Below are positions 40,701-53,924 of a stretch of 64,000 nt of DNA, piece after piece (position 1 is the stretch's first letter; each line of letters starts with the position of its first letter). The DNA is from Octopus vulgaris. Its lineage: Eukaryota. A model generated the notes under the pieces. The model searched no databases. It was given only the letters and a program-made list of their open reading frames with translations, and was not told where the DNA came from. The stretch spans positions 78,058,001-78,122,000 of the forward strand of contig OX597816.1 in assembly GCA_951406725.2 (NCBI GenBank), written 5' to 3'. Made by a program: the position numbers and the translations under genes.

Positions 40701-42337
40701 CCTTTCACCAACTACTTAACAGAGAGTACTGAATGCATTCTGCATTTTATCATGGCATCAGCACTTGAGAGATTGTTATATCCTTAACAAAATAAGGTAC
40801 TTGACTTCACTAGACTGCCAACTACTTTGTAGAGTGTACCAGGTGCATTATATTGTGACACCAATACTAGTGAAGTTACCTTCTGAGTTTTAAGATTAAA
40901 GAGTCCTCACTTCTTTATGCTGTATCTGTTTACTCAATGCATTGTAACGAATGGGAGAAATGGCCGCATACTGACAAGAATCTAAACTATAAGGGTCAAA
41001 GGAACAAGATAATAAGGTTGATGGTAACTTCAAAGTTTCATTGTGGACTGGATTAATCAGATGAAACCATAATTCCAAGACAACCATTCCCATATATCTG
41101 CATGTGATTGTATGGTTAAGAAGTCTGCTTCTCAACCACAACATATTGGGTTAAGTCTCACTGCATGTCACTCTGGGCTTCTTTCACCTTGGGTTAACCA
41201 AAGCTCTGCAAGTGCATTTGGTAGATAGAAACTAAAAGAAGCCTAGTGTGTGTGTCTTGATATCGTATGATAGTTGCAAATGAATGTCACCATCATGTAA
41301 GCAATATTCTTCATTTCCAATCTTCTATGAAAACATATTTAACCAAGAGGAAATATTAACTTACTTGGAAACAGGTGATGGTTAGTAACAGAAAGAGCAC
41401 ATGGCTATAGAAAAACCTGTCATATTTGAGCAAGGAAATGTGAATGTTAATATGATGATAATACCTCCAAATTCTACATACATATGTACAACTAAGCTCT
41501 TAGTTTTGATATTTGTATATTAATACAATAGCATGTTCCCATTTATCTTTTGTGTAATGCTAAGGGAAGTAACTCAAATAAAATATATAAACAGTCATCA
41601 GTTATACTTGTAGTGGCAGCAGAGATGCCAGCAGTGATATTGGTGTTGATATTAGTGAATGAGAAAAAGAGATAGACAGACCAAGTGATGAAAAGAGACA
41701 CACACACACACACACACACACACAATTATTAAGTAAGAAAATGGAGAGATTTAATGGATATAATTTAATTTATCTATTAATTAATATTGCCTACAATTGT
41801 TTCAATTTTCACTCAATACAAATTACAAATATATAAAATAAAATAAGTTTGCATTTTGAAGATTTAGAGCAAAATATCACTAGGGTGAAAAGACATTAAG
41901 GAAGCTACATGTTGATTGGTTGAAATACTCTAATAGACTATGTAGTGATAGTTGTGTGTGTGTGTGTGTGTGTGTTAGTTAATAATCTTATTTAAATAAT
42001 AAAGTATATAAAAATATAAATATAAAACTAAGTAAAAGTAAATAATGAATATTAATAAAGAAAATAAAAATAGTCAAATTTGAAGTATATAAAAATAAAA
42101 TGATAAAAAATAAAAAGTAATAATATAGTAAAAATAAATACTAAAATAACTGAAATAAAATGAAAATAATATAAAATAAAAATATAAGTAGATAAGATAA
42201 AAAAATTAAAAAATAAGAAATAAAATAAAAATTTAAATAAAACCGTTATAAATATGGATGTCTATTGTCTATGTTAATTTGTGAGAGTGTGTGTACTGTC
42301 TAAGTTGATTTGTGTGTGTGTGTGCGTATTCATGTTA

Positions 42338-42382
<45 letters not shown>

Positions 42383-42385
<3 letters not shown>

Positions 42386-42760
42386 AGGCGCAATGGCCCA
42401 GTGGTTAGGGCAGCGGACTCGCGGTCGTAGGATCGCGGTTTCAATTCCCAGACCAAGCGTTGTGAGTGTTTATTGAGCGAAAACACCTAAAGCTCCACAA
42501 GGCTCCGGCAGGGATGGTGGTGATCCCTGCTGTACTCTTTCACCACAACTTTCTCTCACTCTTACTTCCTGTTTCTGTTGTACCTGTATTTCAAAGGGCC
42601 GGCCTTGTCACTCTCTGTGTCACGCTGAATATCCCCAAGAACTACGTTAAGGGTACACATGTCTGTGGAGTGCTCAGCCACTTACACATTAATTTCACGA
42701 GCAGGCTGTTCCGTTGATCGGATCAACCGGAACCCTCGTTGTCGTAACCAACGGAGTGCT
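42383..42760 (+). mobile_element. tRNA-derived SINE, young CpG-rich copy
   Basis: A-box TGGCCCAGTGG, B-box-like GGTTTCAATTCC; central domain repeated at 7922; follows (TA)n. Confidence 0.8.
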
Positions 42761-42918
42761 TCTCTCTCTCTATATATATATATATAGATTCAGTAAAATT
42801 TAGATTCAGTTGAATATGGTACTTAAGTTAAAAGTACCAGAATTTAGTATAGTATTATCCATATAATTCAAAATGGGGTGATTATAATCAAAATAAGCAA
42901 CAAGGATATCCAGAGGTA

Positions 42919-43007
42919 ATGCAGTATGATCGTTTCATGCGAGTCCATTTAATTGAACAATGCAAATATTACATCAATTTAAAATGTAGAGCAATCTTCA
43001 GCTGCAT
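42919..43007 (-). ncRNA. Type-I hammerhead motif with canonical core and long stem-II insert, in small element 42790-43030
   Basis: Minus strand: AUGCAG CUGAAGA U UGC...GCA U GAAA CGAUCA UA CUGCAU; the sister copy at 2783-2801 has the intact palindrome ACGAUCGU. Confidence 0.65.
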
Positions 43008-43129
43008 AAAATATAGAATTTAGTTAAATTCCAAGGATTCATTTGTATAGTTTTCTTATTATCCAAAATCACAAAGAGGATAAGTAGATAGACAAAGAAC
43101 ATGTTTCATCAACAATACCATAGTTGTAA

Positions 43130-43801
43130 CTGAGATTTCTTCACAGGAAGACCTGTGAAAAAGCAATGCTTTCTTTACTGAATGGTGCCTGTACATCAAT
43201 ATGAAGCAGTGTAAGGAATGGCTTAGCCCCAGTAAACAAGTGACACCATGCGTGAAACAAGACCTTCATATGCGTAAAATGATGTGCGTATGGTGGAGAC
43301 TGGGAAGGGATTATCCATTACAAATTGCTTGAATGGAACCAAACGGTCAATGCAGAACTATGTTCAACAGATGGAATGACTCAACACAGCTATTCAAAAG
43401 AAAATACCTAATCAGCAGCATGGAGTTCTTCTGCTGCAGACAACACCCACCATCATATCGCCAATATCACCAAGGAAGTCATTCAAACGCATGGCTGGGA
43501 AGTGCTGCCACACCCGCCATACTCTCCTGATTTGGTACCGATGGATTTCCATCTCTTTCGATCCCTTTCAAATGCTATGCGCGGAGTTTCATTCAATACT
43601 GATGCAGCATTGAGAGCTTGGTTGAAACAATTTTTCGAGTCGAAATCAGGTGATTTCGACCAACAAGACATTGAAAATCTTGTTGAACATTGGGAAGAAG
43701 TTGTAAACAACAAGGGTGAATACATTATTGATTAATTAGTTGTTGTTTTTTTATTAAACCTTTTAAAAAATAACGGTAGGAACTTAGTTGCCAACCCAAT
43801 A
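43130..43801 (+). mobile_element. Mariner (DD34D) transposon relic with right TIR
   Basis: WEVLPHPPYSPDLVPMDFHLFRSL...WEEVVNNKGEYIID; terminal aacttagttgccaacccaata. Confidence 0.9.
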
Positions 43802-45439
43802 CATCTGAAGCCACACAGTTATCTTTTGTTAGGCTGTACTATTCCTTTAGCCTTGAAGTTTTCCCACCAATTGTAATTCACAAGACTGTTGGTGTCAAAT
43901 CAGAATTTACCTTCTCTTTGGCAAGCTGCCAACCAAGAATGACCAAACCTGGTTGTCCAACAGTGAAAAGGCATAGGAAGTATTTTTTGTCCTTTTTTAT
44001 TCTATGTACAATTGCAATTAAATACCATTTTCTTTCTTATTGTAAATATCGGTCAACTATTAGATTCTTCATCTGGTGCATAAGGTGAAAACATGTTATT
44101 ATGAACTGATTATTACTGTTTTATAAACTATTAGCCATAATAATCATTTAGCCAATAATTAGTGTATTCCTAAAATGCTCCAGTGAGATTTAAAAAACAA
44201 TTTTTTTCCTATCAAGCTATTGGTGTCAGTCAAATCACTAATGAATTTCTATCCTAAATAACTTATAAAAACAACAATAGTTTTGAAAAAAATCTAGTCT
44301 TAAGTATTTTAGCTTTTTTTTATAATATTTAATTTATAAGTGATACTAAATTTCATGGACTTTCATGAAAGGTGGTATACATGTTATCTTCAGTTTGAAT
44401 GTTTAAAGGAGAATTAAACAGGAAGAATATTTCAATATCTCAGCTCTGAGGACAAATAATTGGTACACAATGGTTTAATTCAAAATCTAAGAAGTGACAG
44501 TATAAGGATATTAAGATGAGAAAAATTGAGTTTTTCAGATACTGTAGGGGTATGTAGCTTGCTAATTTTAAGAACCAGAGGTCATTCTTGTGGTAGAAGC
44601 AAAGAGAAAGAACAAACCATATGTAGTGCATTGGTTGAGTGAATCTTTACCTCTTTTTGGATGCAATCTAGACTGTTTATATATACAATAACAGAACAGT
44701 CTTAGCTAGGAGCAGTACTTTATTCTGGGTTGCACTTGTTTTTTTATAAAAAGTGAGCAAATGATTGGATTATGGCCAAATCTTTGGAATAGTTTTGGCA
44801 ATGTTTATACATGCAAAGTCACTATGATAAATCAGAGATTATAAGGCCTTGTACTTATAGTAATTTGTGTTTTGTTCACTGATAGGGAAAGTGTAATTCA
44901 AAACTGTTTCTTTGTTATATGTATCATAACTAGGCCGGTACCATTAACAGAGATTAGATTGTCATAATCTCCATAACAGACAAGATTTTATGTAACTATG
45001 TTTAGATTTCAATGAATTCATAAATATTAATTTAAAGCAACACAAGGACCAAAATAAATGTTACTTTGAAATAAAATAGTTTTGTACACACTATCATAGT
45101 TAAGATACATTGTTAATGGTTATGTGATCATTAGACAGACTTATTTGCATATACGTTGGCAGTGTTATCATTAAAACCCATATTAGTTGCTAAACCTTGA
45201 AAATCAAACATGTATAAACATTTTTTTAATTAAAATGGCCTACATATGGTTACTTGCTATAAATAGCATTTAAGACTTCATTAGATCATACTTTAACATA
45301 ATAATAATAAAAAAAGAAAAATACATTACTCAAAGTCCTGACCACATAAAATTATAGAATTATCACAGCTGGGATGCCTTTGATCATAGGGTTGGTTGAT
45401 CAGGGTTAATCTGGGGCTAAACAGCAATAACAAACTAAT

Positions 45440-45650
45440 ATTGGTTTCAAATTTTAGCACAAGGCCAATAAGTCCAGGAGAGGGGGGCTAGTTGATTACA
45501 TCAGTCCCAGTGTTCAACTGGTACTTATTTTATCAACCCCAAAAAGATGAAAGGCAAAGTGGACCTCAGCAGGAATTTGAACTCAGAACAGAGAAAATGC
45601 TGCTAAGAATTTTGCCTGGCATGCTAACAATTCTACCAGCTGGCCACCTT
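45440..45650 (-). mobile_element. tRNA-derived SINE, CpG-decayed (8948 family)
   Basis: gatgaaaggcaaagtggacctcagcaggaatttgaactcagaa. Confidence 0.75.
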
Positions 45651-46157
45651 ATCATTAATAACTAATATTCACACCATTCATCTTAAAAATATGTAATCAT
45701 TCAAAAAATTCTTATGAAAAATATAACTTAATCCATAGTGCTAAAGGATAAGGTATATTGAATATTTAATAGAATGTAAAATAGATATATTTAGACGGGA
45801 ATTGATCTGATGTTGACCCATAAATACAGTATTCTAATATAGTTAAATTTTATACTTTGATTTTTGTCTAAACATGTAGAAAATGAATATATCAAAAATA
45901 ATATTCACAAAGCTTCATTAGATTATCTAATTCAAAATTAAGAGCAAACAAATAATCACATCATCTCCTTCAATCTATCTCTGATATTCACTTTAAGTGT
46001 CAGAGTAAGGCAGACAAACATTGATCTGAAAATCAAAGATATCTGGCTTTTTTTTTCTATAGGAGTTAGTCAGGGATTTGTTAGGAGCATGGCTGGCACC
46101 ACATAAACCATACTGTGAATAAGTAGAATTGGTAGATAGAAACTGTTTGGAAGCTCA

Positions 46158-46234
<77 letters not shown>

Positions 46235-46677
46235 CGTGCATTCTATATTTTCACATGGAAATATTTAAGCAAAAACGGTTATGTTAACATTCCTTGTTAA
46301 CAAACCATTTTGTAATTCTACAGTTTCAATGACAAGTGGAATAAGAAAATCTAACTTGCAAAAGAGATAAGGGTTTTTGACAGGAAGGGCAGCTGGCTGG
46401 AAAAATGATGCCTAAATAAGTATTTGTTCAACCCATGCTAGCATAGAAGAACATGAAAGGCAAAACAACAAAGAAAGCTGGATCTTAGTCAGCATATATT
46501 AAATCATTTAATAATGAGTAAACATATATTCTGTGATAAATACAACATATTCAACAGATGTTATCTTCCCTAATGATAATCCTGATGATTTGCCCCATAA
46601 GCAATAGAGTACAAATCTTCAACTCTATAAAGCATAAGGGGTCAGATATTAAAAATTTCACACATTCTATAAAATAG

Positions 46678-46836
46678 ACGCAGGAGTGGCTGAGTGGTAA
46701 GTAGCTTGCTAACCAACCACATGGTTCCGGGTTCAATCCCGCTGCGTGGCATCTTGGGCAAGTGTCTTCTGCTATAGCCCCGGGCCGACCAATGCCTTGT
46801 GAGTGGATTTGGAAGACGGAAACTGAAAGAAGCCTG

Positions 46837-46840
<4 letters not shown>
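46678..46840 (+). mobile_element. SINE 5' half (49592 family)
   Basis: gcaggagtggctgagtggtaag...ggttcaatccc...cttgggcaagtg. Confidence 0.85.
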
Positions 46841-46872
<32 letters not shown>

Positions 46873-46877
<5 letters not shown>

Positions 46878-48570
46878 GCCGAATGTTGACCCAACAGAGG
46901 GACCAGCAATCCGAGTTGACAGTTCCTTAGTAGATAAGGCAATTAAAAGCATGAAAACAGGGAAAGCCCCAGGCCCATCAGGAATTACTGCAGAGATGCT
47001 CAAAATATCTGGTAGTGTCGGCTATAGCCTAGTCACCCGTATAGTTAACCAGGTGATACACGAAGGAGTCATTCCCAATGACTGGTGTAGCAGCATAATA
47101 GTCAACTGCTACAAAGGTAAAGGTGACGCCCTAGATACAAATAACTACAGGGGTATCAAGCTGCTGGATCAGGTAATGAAGGTTACGGAGAGGGCTATAG
47201 CCCAACTAATTAGAGAGAGAGTTAGCCTAGATCAGATGCAGTTTGGGTTCGTGCCAGGGAAAAGTACTACTGATGCTATTTTCATGGTAAGACAGCTGCA
47301 AGAGAAATACCTAGCCAAAGACAAGCCCATATACCTGGCTTTTGTTGATATGGAGAAAGCCTTCGACAGGGTCCCCCGATCCCTCATCTGGTGGTCAATG
47401 AGGAAACTAGGGATAGATGAATGGTTAGTGAAAGCTGTACAAGCCATGTACAGAGACACTGCTAGTAAGGTGAGGGTTGGCACCGAGTACAGTGAAGAAT
47501 TCAGGGTAGAGGTTGGGGTCCACCAAGGTTCAGTCCTCAGTCCCCTCCTATTTATCATAGTCCTCCAGGCAATAACGGAGGAATTCAAGACAGGATGCCC
47601 CTGGGAGCTCCTCTATGCTGATGACCTTGCTCTAATTGCTGAGTCTCTATCAGAACTAGAGGAGAAGTTTCAGGTATGGAAACAAGGTTTAGAATCGAAG
47701 GGCCTTAGAATCAACCTAGCCAAAACCAAAGTCCTAATAAGTAGGAAGGTAGACCAATCACAAACGCCTTCAGGTAGATGGCCCTGCTCGATCTGTAGAA
47801 AAGGTGTAGGTAGAAACTCTATAAGATGCACCAAGTGTAAGCTATGGACACATAAGAGGTGCAGCAATGTCAAAGGAAGGCTAACTAGGAAGATGGTTTT
47901 TGTCTGTGGCAGATGCTCAGGAACAATTAACACTGAAAATGCTCTGAGACCAACTTTCGTCACTTTCCAGGGAGAAAAGCTAGAAGTAGTTGATAGTTTC
48001 CGTTACCTAGGTGACCAAGTCAGTAGCGGGGGCGGGTGCGCTGAAAGTATAACTGCTAGAGTAAGAATAGCCTGGGCAAAGTTTAGAGAGCTCTTACCCC
48101 TGCTGGTGACAAAAGGCCTCTCGCTCAAAGTAAAAGGCAGACTGTATGATGCATGTGTACGTACAGCCATGCTACATGGTAGTGAAACTTGGGCTGTGAC
48201 TGCTGAGGATTTGCGTAAGCTCGCAAGAAATGAAGCTAGTATGCTCCGATGGATGTGTAACGTCAGTGTTCATAATCGACAGAGTGTAAGTACCTTGAGA
48301 GAAAAGTTGAACCTAAGAAGCATCAGTTGTTGTGTGCAAGAGAGACGTATGCGCTGGTATGGTCATGTGATGAGAATGGCTGAAGATAGTTGTGTGCGAA
48401 AGTGCCACACCCTGGCAGTTGAGGGGACCTGTGGAAGAGGTAGACCCAGGAAAACCTGGGTCGAGGCGGTGAAGCACGACCTTCGAACTTTAGGTCTCAC
48501 CAAGGAAATGACCAGTGACCGAGACCTTTGGAGGTATGCTGTGCGTGAGAAAACCCGGCAAGACCAGTGA
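46873..48570 (+). CDS. RTE ORF2 remnant: RT with embedded PHD-type zinc finger, uninterrupted for ~565 codons, no start codon or APE domain
   Basis: GKAPGPSG, NYRGIKLL, QFGF, FVDMEKAFD, GVHQGSVLSP, LYADD, FRYLG, HGSETW, RWYGHV, GRGRPRKTW; CxxC...CxxC...HxxC...CxxC. Confidence 0.9.
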
Positions 48571-48617
48571 GAACAGTCAAAATCAAGATCAAACCAAATT
48601 GAGGTCGATCAACATCA

Positions 48618-49390
48618 GGGCCCCCGTGCAGGTGACACGTAAAAGTACCATCCGTTCGTAGCCGTTTGCCAGCCCTGTCTGGCCCCCATGTCGGTGGCAC
48701 GTAAAAGCACCATCCGTTCGTGTTCGTTGCCAGCCTGGCCTGGCCCCCGTGCCAGTGACACGTAAAAGCACCATCCGTTTGTGGCCGTTTGCCAGCTCTG
48801 TCTGGCCCCCATGCCGGTGAAACGTAAAAGCACCATCCGTTCGTGGCCGTTTGCCAGCTCTGTCTGGCCCCCGTGCCGGTGACACGTAAAAGCACCATCC
48901 GTTCGTGGCCATTTGCCAGCCCTGTCTGGCCCCCATGTCGGTGACATGTAAAAGCACCATCCGTTCGTGTCCGTTTGCCAGCCCTGCCTGGCCCCCATGT
49001 CGGTGACATGTAAAAGCACCATCCGTTCGTGTCCGTTGCCAGCCTCGCCTGGCCCCCGTGCCGGTGACACGTAAAAGCACCATCCGTTCGTGGCCGTTTG
49101 CCAGCCCTGTCTGGCCCCCGTGTCGGTGGCATGTAAAAGCACCATCCGTTCGTGCCCGTTGCCAGCCTCGCCTGGCCCCCGTGCCGGTGACACGTAAAAG
49201 CACCATCCGTTTCGTGGCCGTTTGCCAGCTCTGTCTGGCCCCCGTGTTGGTGGCACGTAAAAGCACCATCCGTTCGTGTCCGTTGCCAGCCTCGCCTGGC
49301 CCCGTGCCGGTGACACGTAAAAGCACCATCCGTTCGTGGCCGTTTGCCAGCTCTGTCTGGCACCTGTGCAGGTGGCACGTAAAAAGCACC
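48618..49390 (+). repeat. Tandem array of ~61-bp units (~12-13 copies) in the RTE 3'UTR
   Basis: Unit ggcccccgtgccggtgacacgtaaaagcaccatccgttcgtggccgtttgccagctctgtct with two subtypes. Confidence 0.95.
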
Positions 49391-49546
49391 CACTACACTC
49401 ACGGAGTGGTTGGCGTTAGGAAGGGCATCCAGCCGTAGAAACACTGCCAGATCTGACTGGGCCTGATGAAGCCTTCCAGCTTCACAGACCCCAGTTGAAC
49501 CGTCCAACCCATGCTAGCATGGAGAACGGACGCTAAATGATGATGA

Positions 49547-49588
<42 letters not shown>

Positions 49589-49591
49589 GAC

Positions 49592-49996
49592 AGGCGCAGA
49601 AGTGGCTGTGTGGTAAGTAGCTTGCTAACCAACCTCATGGTTCCGGGTTCAGTCCCACTGCATGGCATCTTGGGCAAGTGTCTTCTGCTATAGCCCCGGG
49701 CCGACCAATGCCTTGTGAGTGGATTTGGTAGAGGGAAACTGAAAGAAGCCTGTCGTATATATATATATGTATGTGTGTGTTTGTGTGTCTGTGTTTGTCC
49801 CCCTAGCATTGCTTGATAACCGATGCTGGTGTGTTTACGTCCCGTCACTTAGCGGTTCGGCAAAAAGAGACCGATAGAATAAGTACTGGGCTTACAAAGA
49901 ATAAGTCCTGGGGTCGATTTGCTCGACTAAAGGCGGTGCTCCTGCATGGCCGCAGTCAAATGACTGAAACAAGTAAAAGAGTAAAGAGAAAAAGAG
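49592..49996 (+). mobile_element. Full-length tRNA-derived cephalopod-type SINE
   Basis: A-box TGGCTGTGTGG, B-box GGTTCAGTCCC, internal microsatellite, LINE-like tail; extra 3' half at 50023-50167. Confidence 0.88.
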
Positions 49997-52553
49997 TATA
50001 TATATATATATATATATATATGTCCCCGTCACTTAGCGGTTCGGCAAAAAGGGACCGAGAGAATAAGTACTGGGCTTACAAAGAATAAGTCTCTGGTTCG
50101 ATTTGCTCGACTAAAGGTGGTGCTCCAGCATGGCCCCAGTCAAATGACTGAAACAAGTAAAAGAGTAGACAATTATCCAACTCTTAAATTTTTTTTATTT
50201 TTAAATAACAAACCCAACTTCGAATCCTTAACTAGCAAAATACTAAAATGAAGGACTCTGTGATTTTCAAACCTACTGCAGAGTTAATATGCCGATACAG
50301 AAACATCCACTTCTTTGATAATGAAGGCAGTGAAGTGGCAGAGCCATTAAAGTGTTGGATACAATACTGCAGTGTATTTGTTCTGACTGTTCTGAGAACA
50401 AATCTTGAGTGGGTCAATTTTGCCTTTTATCTTTTCAGCCTTGATACTTTTACTATCTTTTAGATAGTATCAATACAAAGCATAGATTGGTGAAACTGCT
50501 AAAAGATCTGACTAGATGCCTTGTGGTGTTCCAGTTCACTGTTTTTTGACAGCAGCAGCTATAACAAAACTGGTACCTAGTTGTATCAACTAAAATTAGT
50601 AGCCTTTCTCTTCAGTAAACACCAGTGGAGTACAAAGAAAAGATTTGTATGCATGAGAAACAAGCCTTCCTTAAAACAAAATCTTGCATAGACCAGCACA
50701 TCCATGTGCAAATGCATGATCAATGTTGATGGAAGGAGGCCCTGCATGAGTAAGAGTATGAGAGAGTGAATGAGTAAAGGAGTGTACAAGTCAGAGTGTA
50801 AGTGTATGTAAATGAATGTGTTATTGCTGCTGTAATGTGACAAATGAAATTTTAGGAACAGTAGGAGTCAAGCTTGCTATACAGCATGATTGCTATACAT
50901 CACATGATTTAGCATTCCAAGACCAGCATGTTTTGTTTTGTTTCTATCAATGCAGTTTTTATTATTGCTACTTAGCACTAGCCACTACAATCAAAAATGC
51001 TTTTTTTTTCTTTTTTTTTTAGATAATCTGAACTACATTATCTAAAATTTCCTTTCTTTTTAAGCTGTAATTTGAGAAAGTTTTGGCTATTTTTAGAATA
51101 TCAAGTAACTGCATAAAGGACTCTTTTTAGCTCAAACAATCAATGTTTGTCACAGTAGGCCAAAACAAGAAAACACTCAACTACTTTCAGCATGATCTCT
51201 TCATTTAGTACCTTGATAGGTCTTTTCATATGATTTTAAAAAAATAATTGCAATTAACTCTAAGTTGATTAGCCAGAGTAATTGTTTCTGCACTTGCTCT
51301 TGATCCTACCATACACATACTTACAGAGTATATACACATATATGCTCACAAAACATTGAGTCACAAATGTATCTATAACCACTCCATTTTCTAGCTTTAA
51401 CCTAGTTTTCAAAAGAGAATTTTTTTTGTGTTTGTTCAACAGAGCGTTGATCTGCTTAAGATTTGTCTGAATTATTGTGATATTTTTTAACACACCTTAA
51501 AAATTACCTAATAAATCAGTATGACACATTTAAACTTTCCCTCACAAAAATTAAAAGCTAATTGATTTAATTTGTTGGATTAATTAATTCAATTTTTTCT
51601 TAGCTAAATGTTTCAGATTTAAAAACAAAGTAATACTTCTATAGATTTTTCAACACATTTTAAAAATCAAGATCAGCAGAAACTAATTGAATATAGCTGT
51701 TGAAAGCAAGTAAGGGAGCTCCTATATGGTTAATCAATCTTCTAGGAATAGCCAAATTTCTCTAAGACAACAAACTATTGAAAAAATGCAAGATACACTG
51801 AACAGCTCTAGTTATACTATGCTTGAAAAAATATGGAATTGTCAAGTTTGGAATGCTTATACTCATAAATTTGCTCAATTAGAATTGACGGAGTTAAATA
51901 ACAACCACCACCATTTGTTATTTTACTAGTCATTCATGTAGAAGTCTTTCCTTATGTACTTATTAAAAACTCACAAAGAAAATTAAACTATGCACTAGCT
52001 GCCCACGAGGTGTTACTTGAATTTCAACAAAACTTTCTAGTTTGTGTTAAATGATTACTTCTTGAAATGTATGTTTAAACATGCTTCTTTACAATTATTT
52101 TTTTCAGCAAGGCTCTCTCAAATGTATCCTGAATTACAACATTGGTTTGAAAAATACTTAAAGCAAAATATTTAGAAGTTTTAAAGGCAAATCAACTAGC
52201 ACTCGTCATATTAAACAATACATATCTTGGAAATGCTGTTATTAAAGGCAGCTACTACTACTATTTGAGCAATTTTTAATACAGTGAGTTTCTTAAAAGA
52301 ACAACTTCTAGTTTTGCCAAGCAATTTCTTCAAAGTATCTACCTTTGCTACAATTATTTATATTGTCATAAAATGACACCAGAAATCTTTATGATTTGTT
52401 TTAACCAACAACAACTTTATAGTATTCTCTAATGCAAAAGATTAAAAAAAAAAAGAAATGATAATGATGATAAATGCATTTTAGGTTCACCAAGTAAAAA
52501 AGATTCAGCTTGAAAAAATTAATGCAATACAAAATTTCACTTAGCTCATTAAT

Positions 52554-52594
<41 letters not shown>

Positions 52595-53924
52595 TATATA
52601 TATATATATCCCTCGCCTCCATATGACCAACAAGCAACACTGCACTAATATATAATAGATAGATTTAATGAGCTTCATAAGAGGTTTAATTTTTGTGATA
52701 AGGAAATAATAATCACATGAACAAAGTAATCTAGCTACCTCATTTTACCAACATAAAACCACTTGGAATGAAGATATTTTGATAGGCACCTAAAAGGTAA
52801 AAAAAAAAATCATCTAGCCACAGTTGTTATTCAACCCATCAACAAGTATACTGTCCAATCTGTCTCACTTGATGTCATCATCATCTAGTCTGATTAAGTA
52901 ATCACACTCTAAATAGAAAAATAATTTTAATCTATTCAGATTTAATTTAGCATGAAGCTATAACATTATGAGGAGAACAATACAAAGCTATACCCTTTTC
53001 CATGTAGTTCCAACCTATAATCAAAACCAGGTTACAGATTTCATTTGCCAAGAATTTACATGCATGTCACTCAGTTTTACTAACAGCCACTTAACTGACA
53101 GAATAGAATTCTCTCTCTACCTCTCTTAATAATATTTTACTGTCAGAACTACAGCAGTCTGTTGTCATCATTATCATCATTTATATCCAATTCCCATACT
53201 GGCATGCACTGGATAGTCATTTATACTCTCTTAGATGGGTTTGAAGGCTACATCTTGCTCATAAGTTGGCTTGGTTTTCATAGTTGGATACCTTTGCAAA
53301 TGGCATCCACTTTACAGAGTGTACTGGGTGCATTGTTTCAGGTCACCAGTACTAGGGACTTGTTTTGCCTTTGACAAAACTAAAGAGTTCTTAACCCTAC
53401 ACTTCGAGTGAACTGGATACATTTCATTTTGGCACTAGCACCAGGAGAGAGATAAAGAGATGACAAATAACAAGAGGTAGATAAATGATGAAAGTCATTG
53501 ATGGAAGAGGATATCAATTGTCCACCAAGGAGTAAATGGAAAGCGTATGAGGTATATGCATGTCTGTTGAAGTTGCTTAAGTCTATACCTAAAGATGATG
53601 AAAGATAGGGTAGAGAGGGAAGAGTGATGTAGTAGAGAGTGGATCTGATAGGTAGGCCTAGTTACACTGGAAACAATGTATACTGAATTGAAGAGATCCA
53701 CTGCTCTCCTTAGTCACATCACCAGCATAATACATAGGGTGACAAGAAAGAGTGACCAAAGCAAACAATAGGGACATGAGTGCTAGAAGTATGAATGATA
53801 AAAACAAAAGCCATAGAGAGATTGGTGAAAGTGGCATAGGTGACAGATGGACAAATAGGTGTTTTACTGGCTGAGAGGCTATCAAGGATGGTGGGGACAA
53901 ATATATATATATATATATATATAT

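Larger units (their letters stand above)
46873..49550 (+). mobile_element. 5'-truncated RTE-clade LINE with (ATG)n tail
   Basis: RT ORF, tandem 3'UTR, terminal aaatgatgatgatgat. Confidence 0.92.

Noticed and set aside
42383-42455. tRNA gene
   Set aside because: tRNA-like head continues into a SINE body; no complete cloverleaf or terminator.
46762-46872. N-terminus of the 602-aa ORF as a SINE-RT fusion gene
   Set aside because: GTG start inside a SINE reading through (TA)n; frame depends on repeat length and is most likely fortuitous.
48618-49390. CRISPR-like appearance and long minus-strand ORFs (336/266/233 aa) over the 61-bp array
   Set aside because: Units are wholly repeated with no unique spacers, there are no cas genes, the context is eukaryotic, and the ORFs arise from a stop-free repeat.
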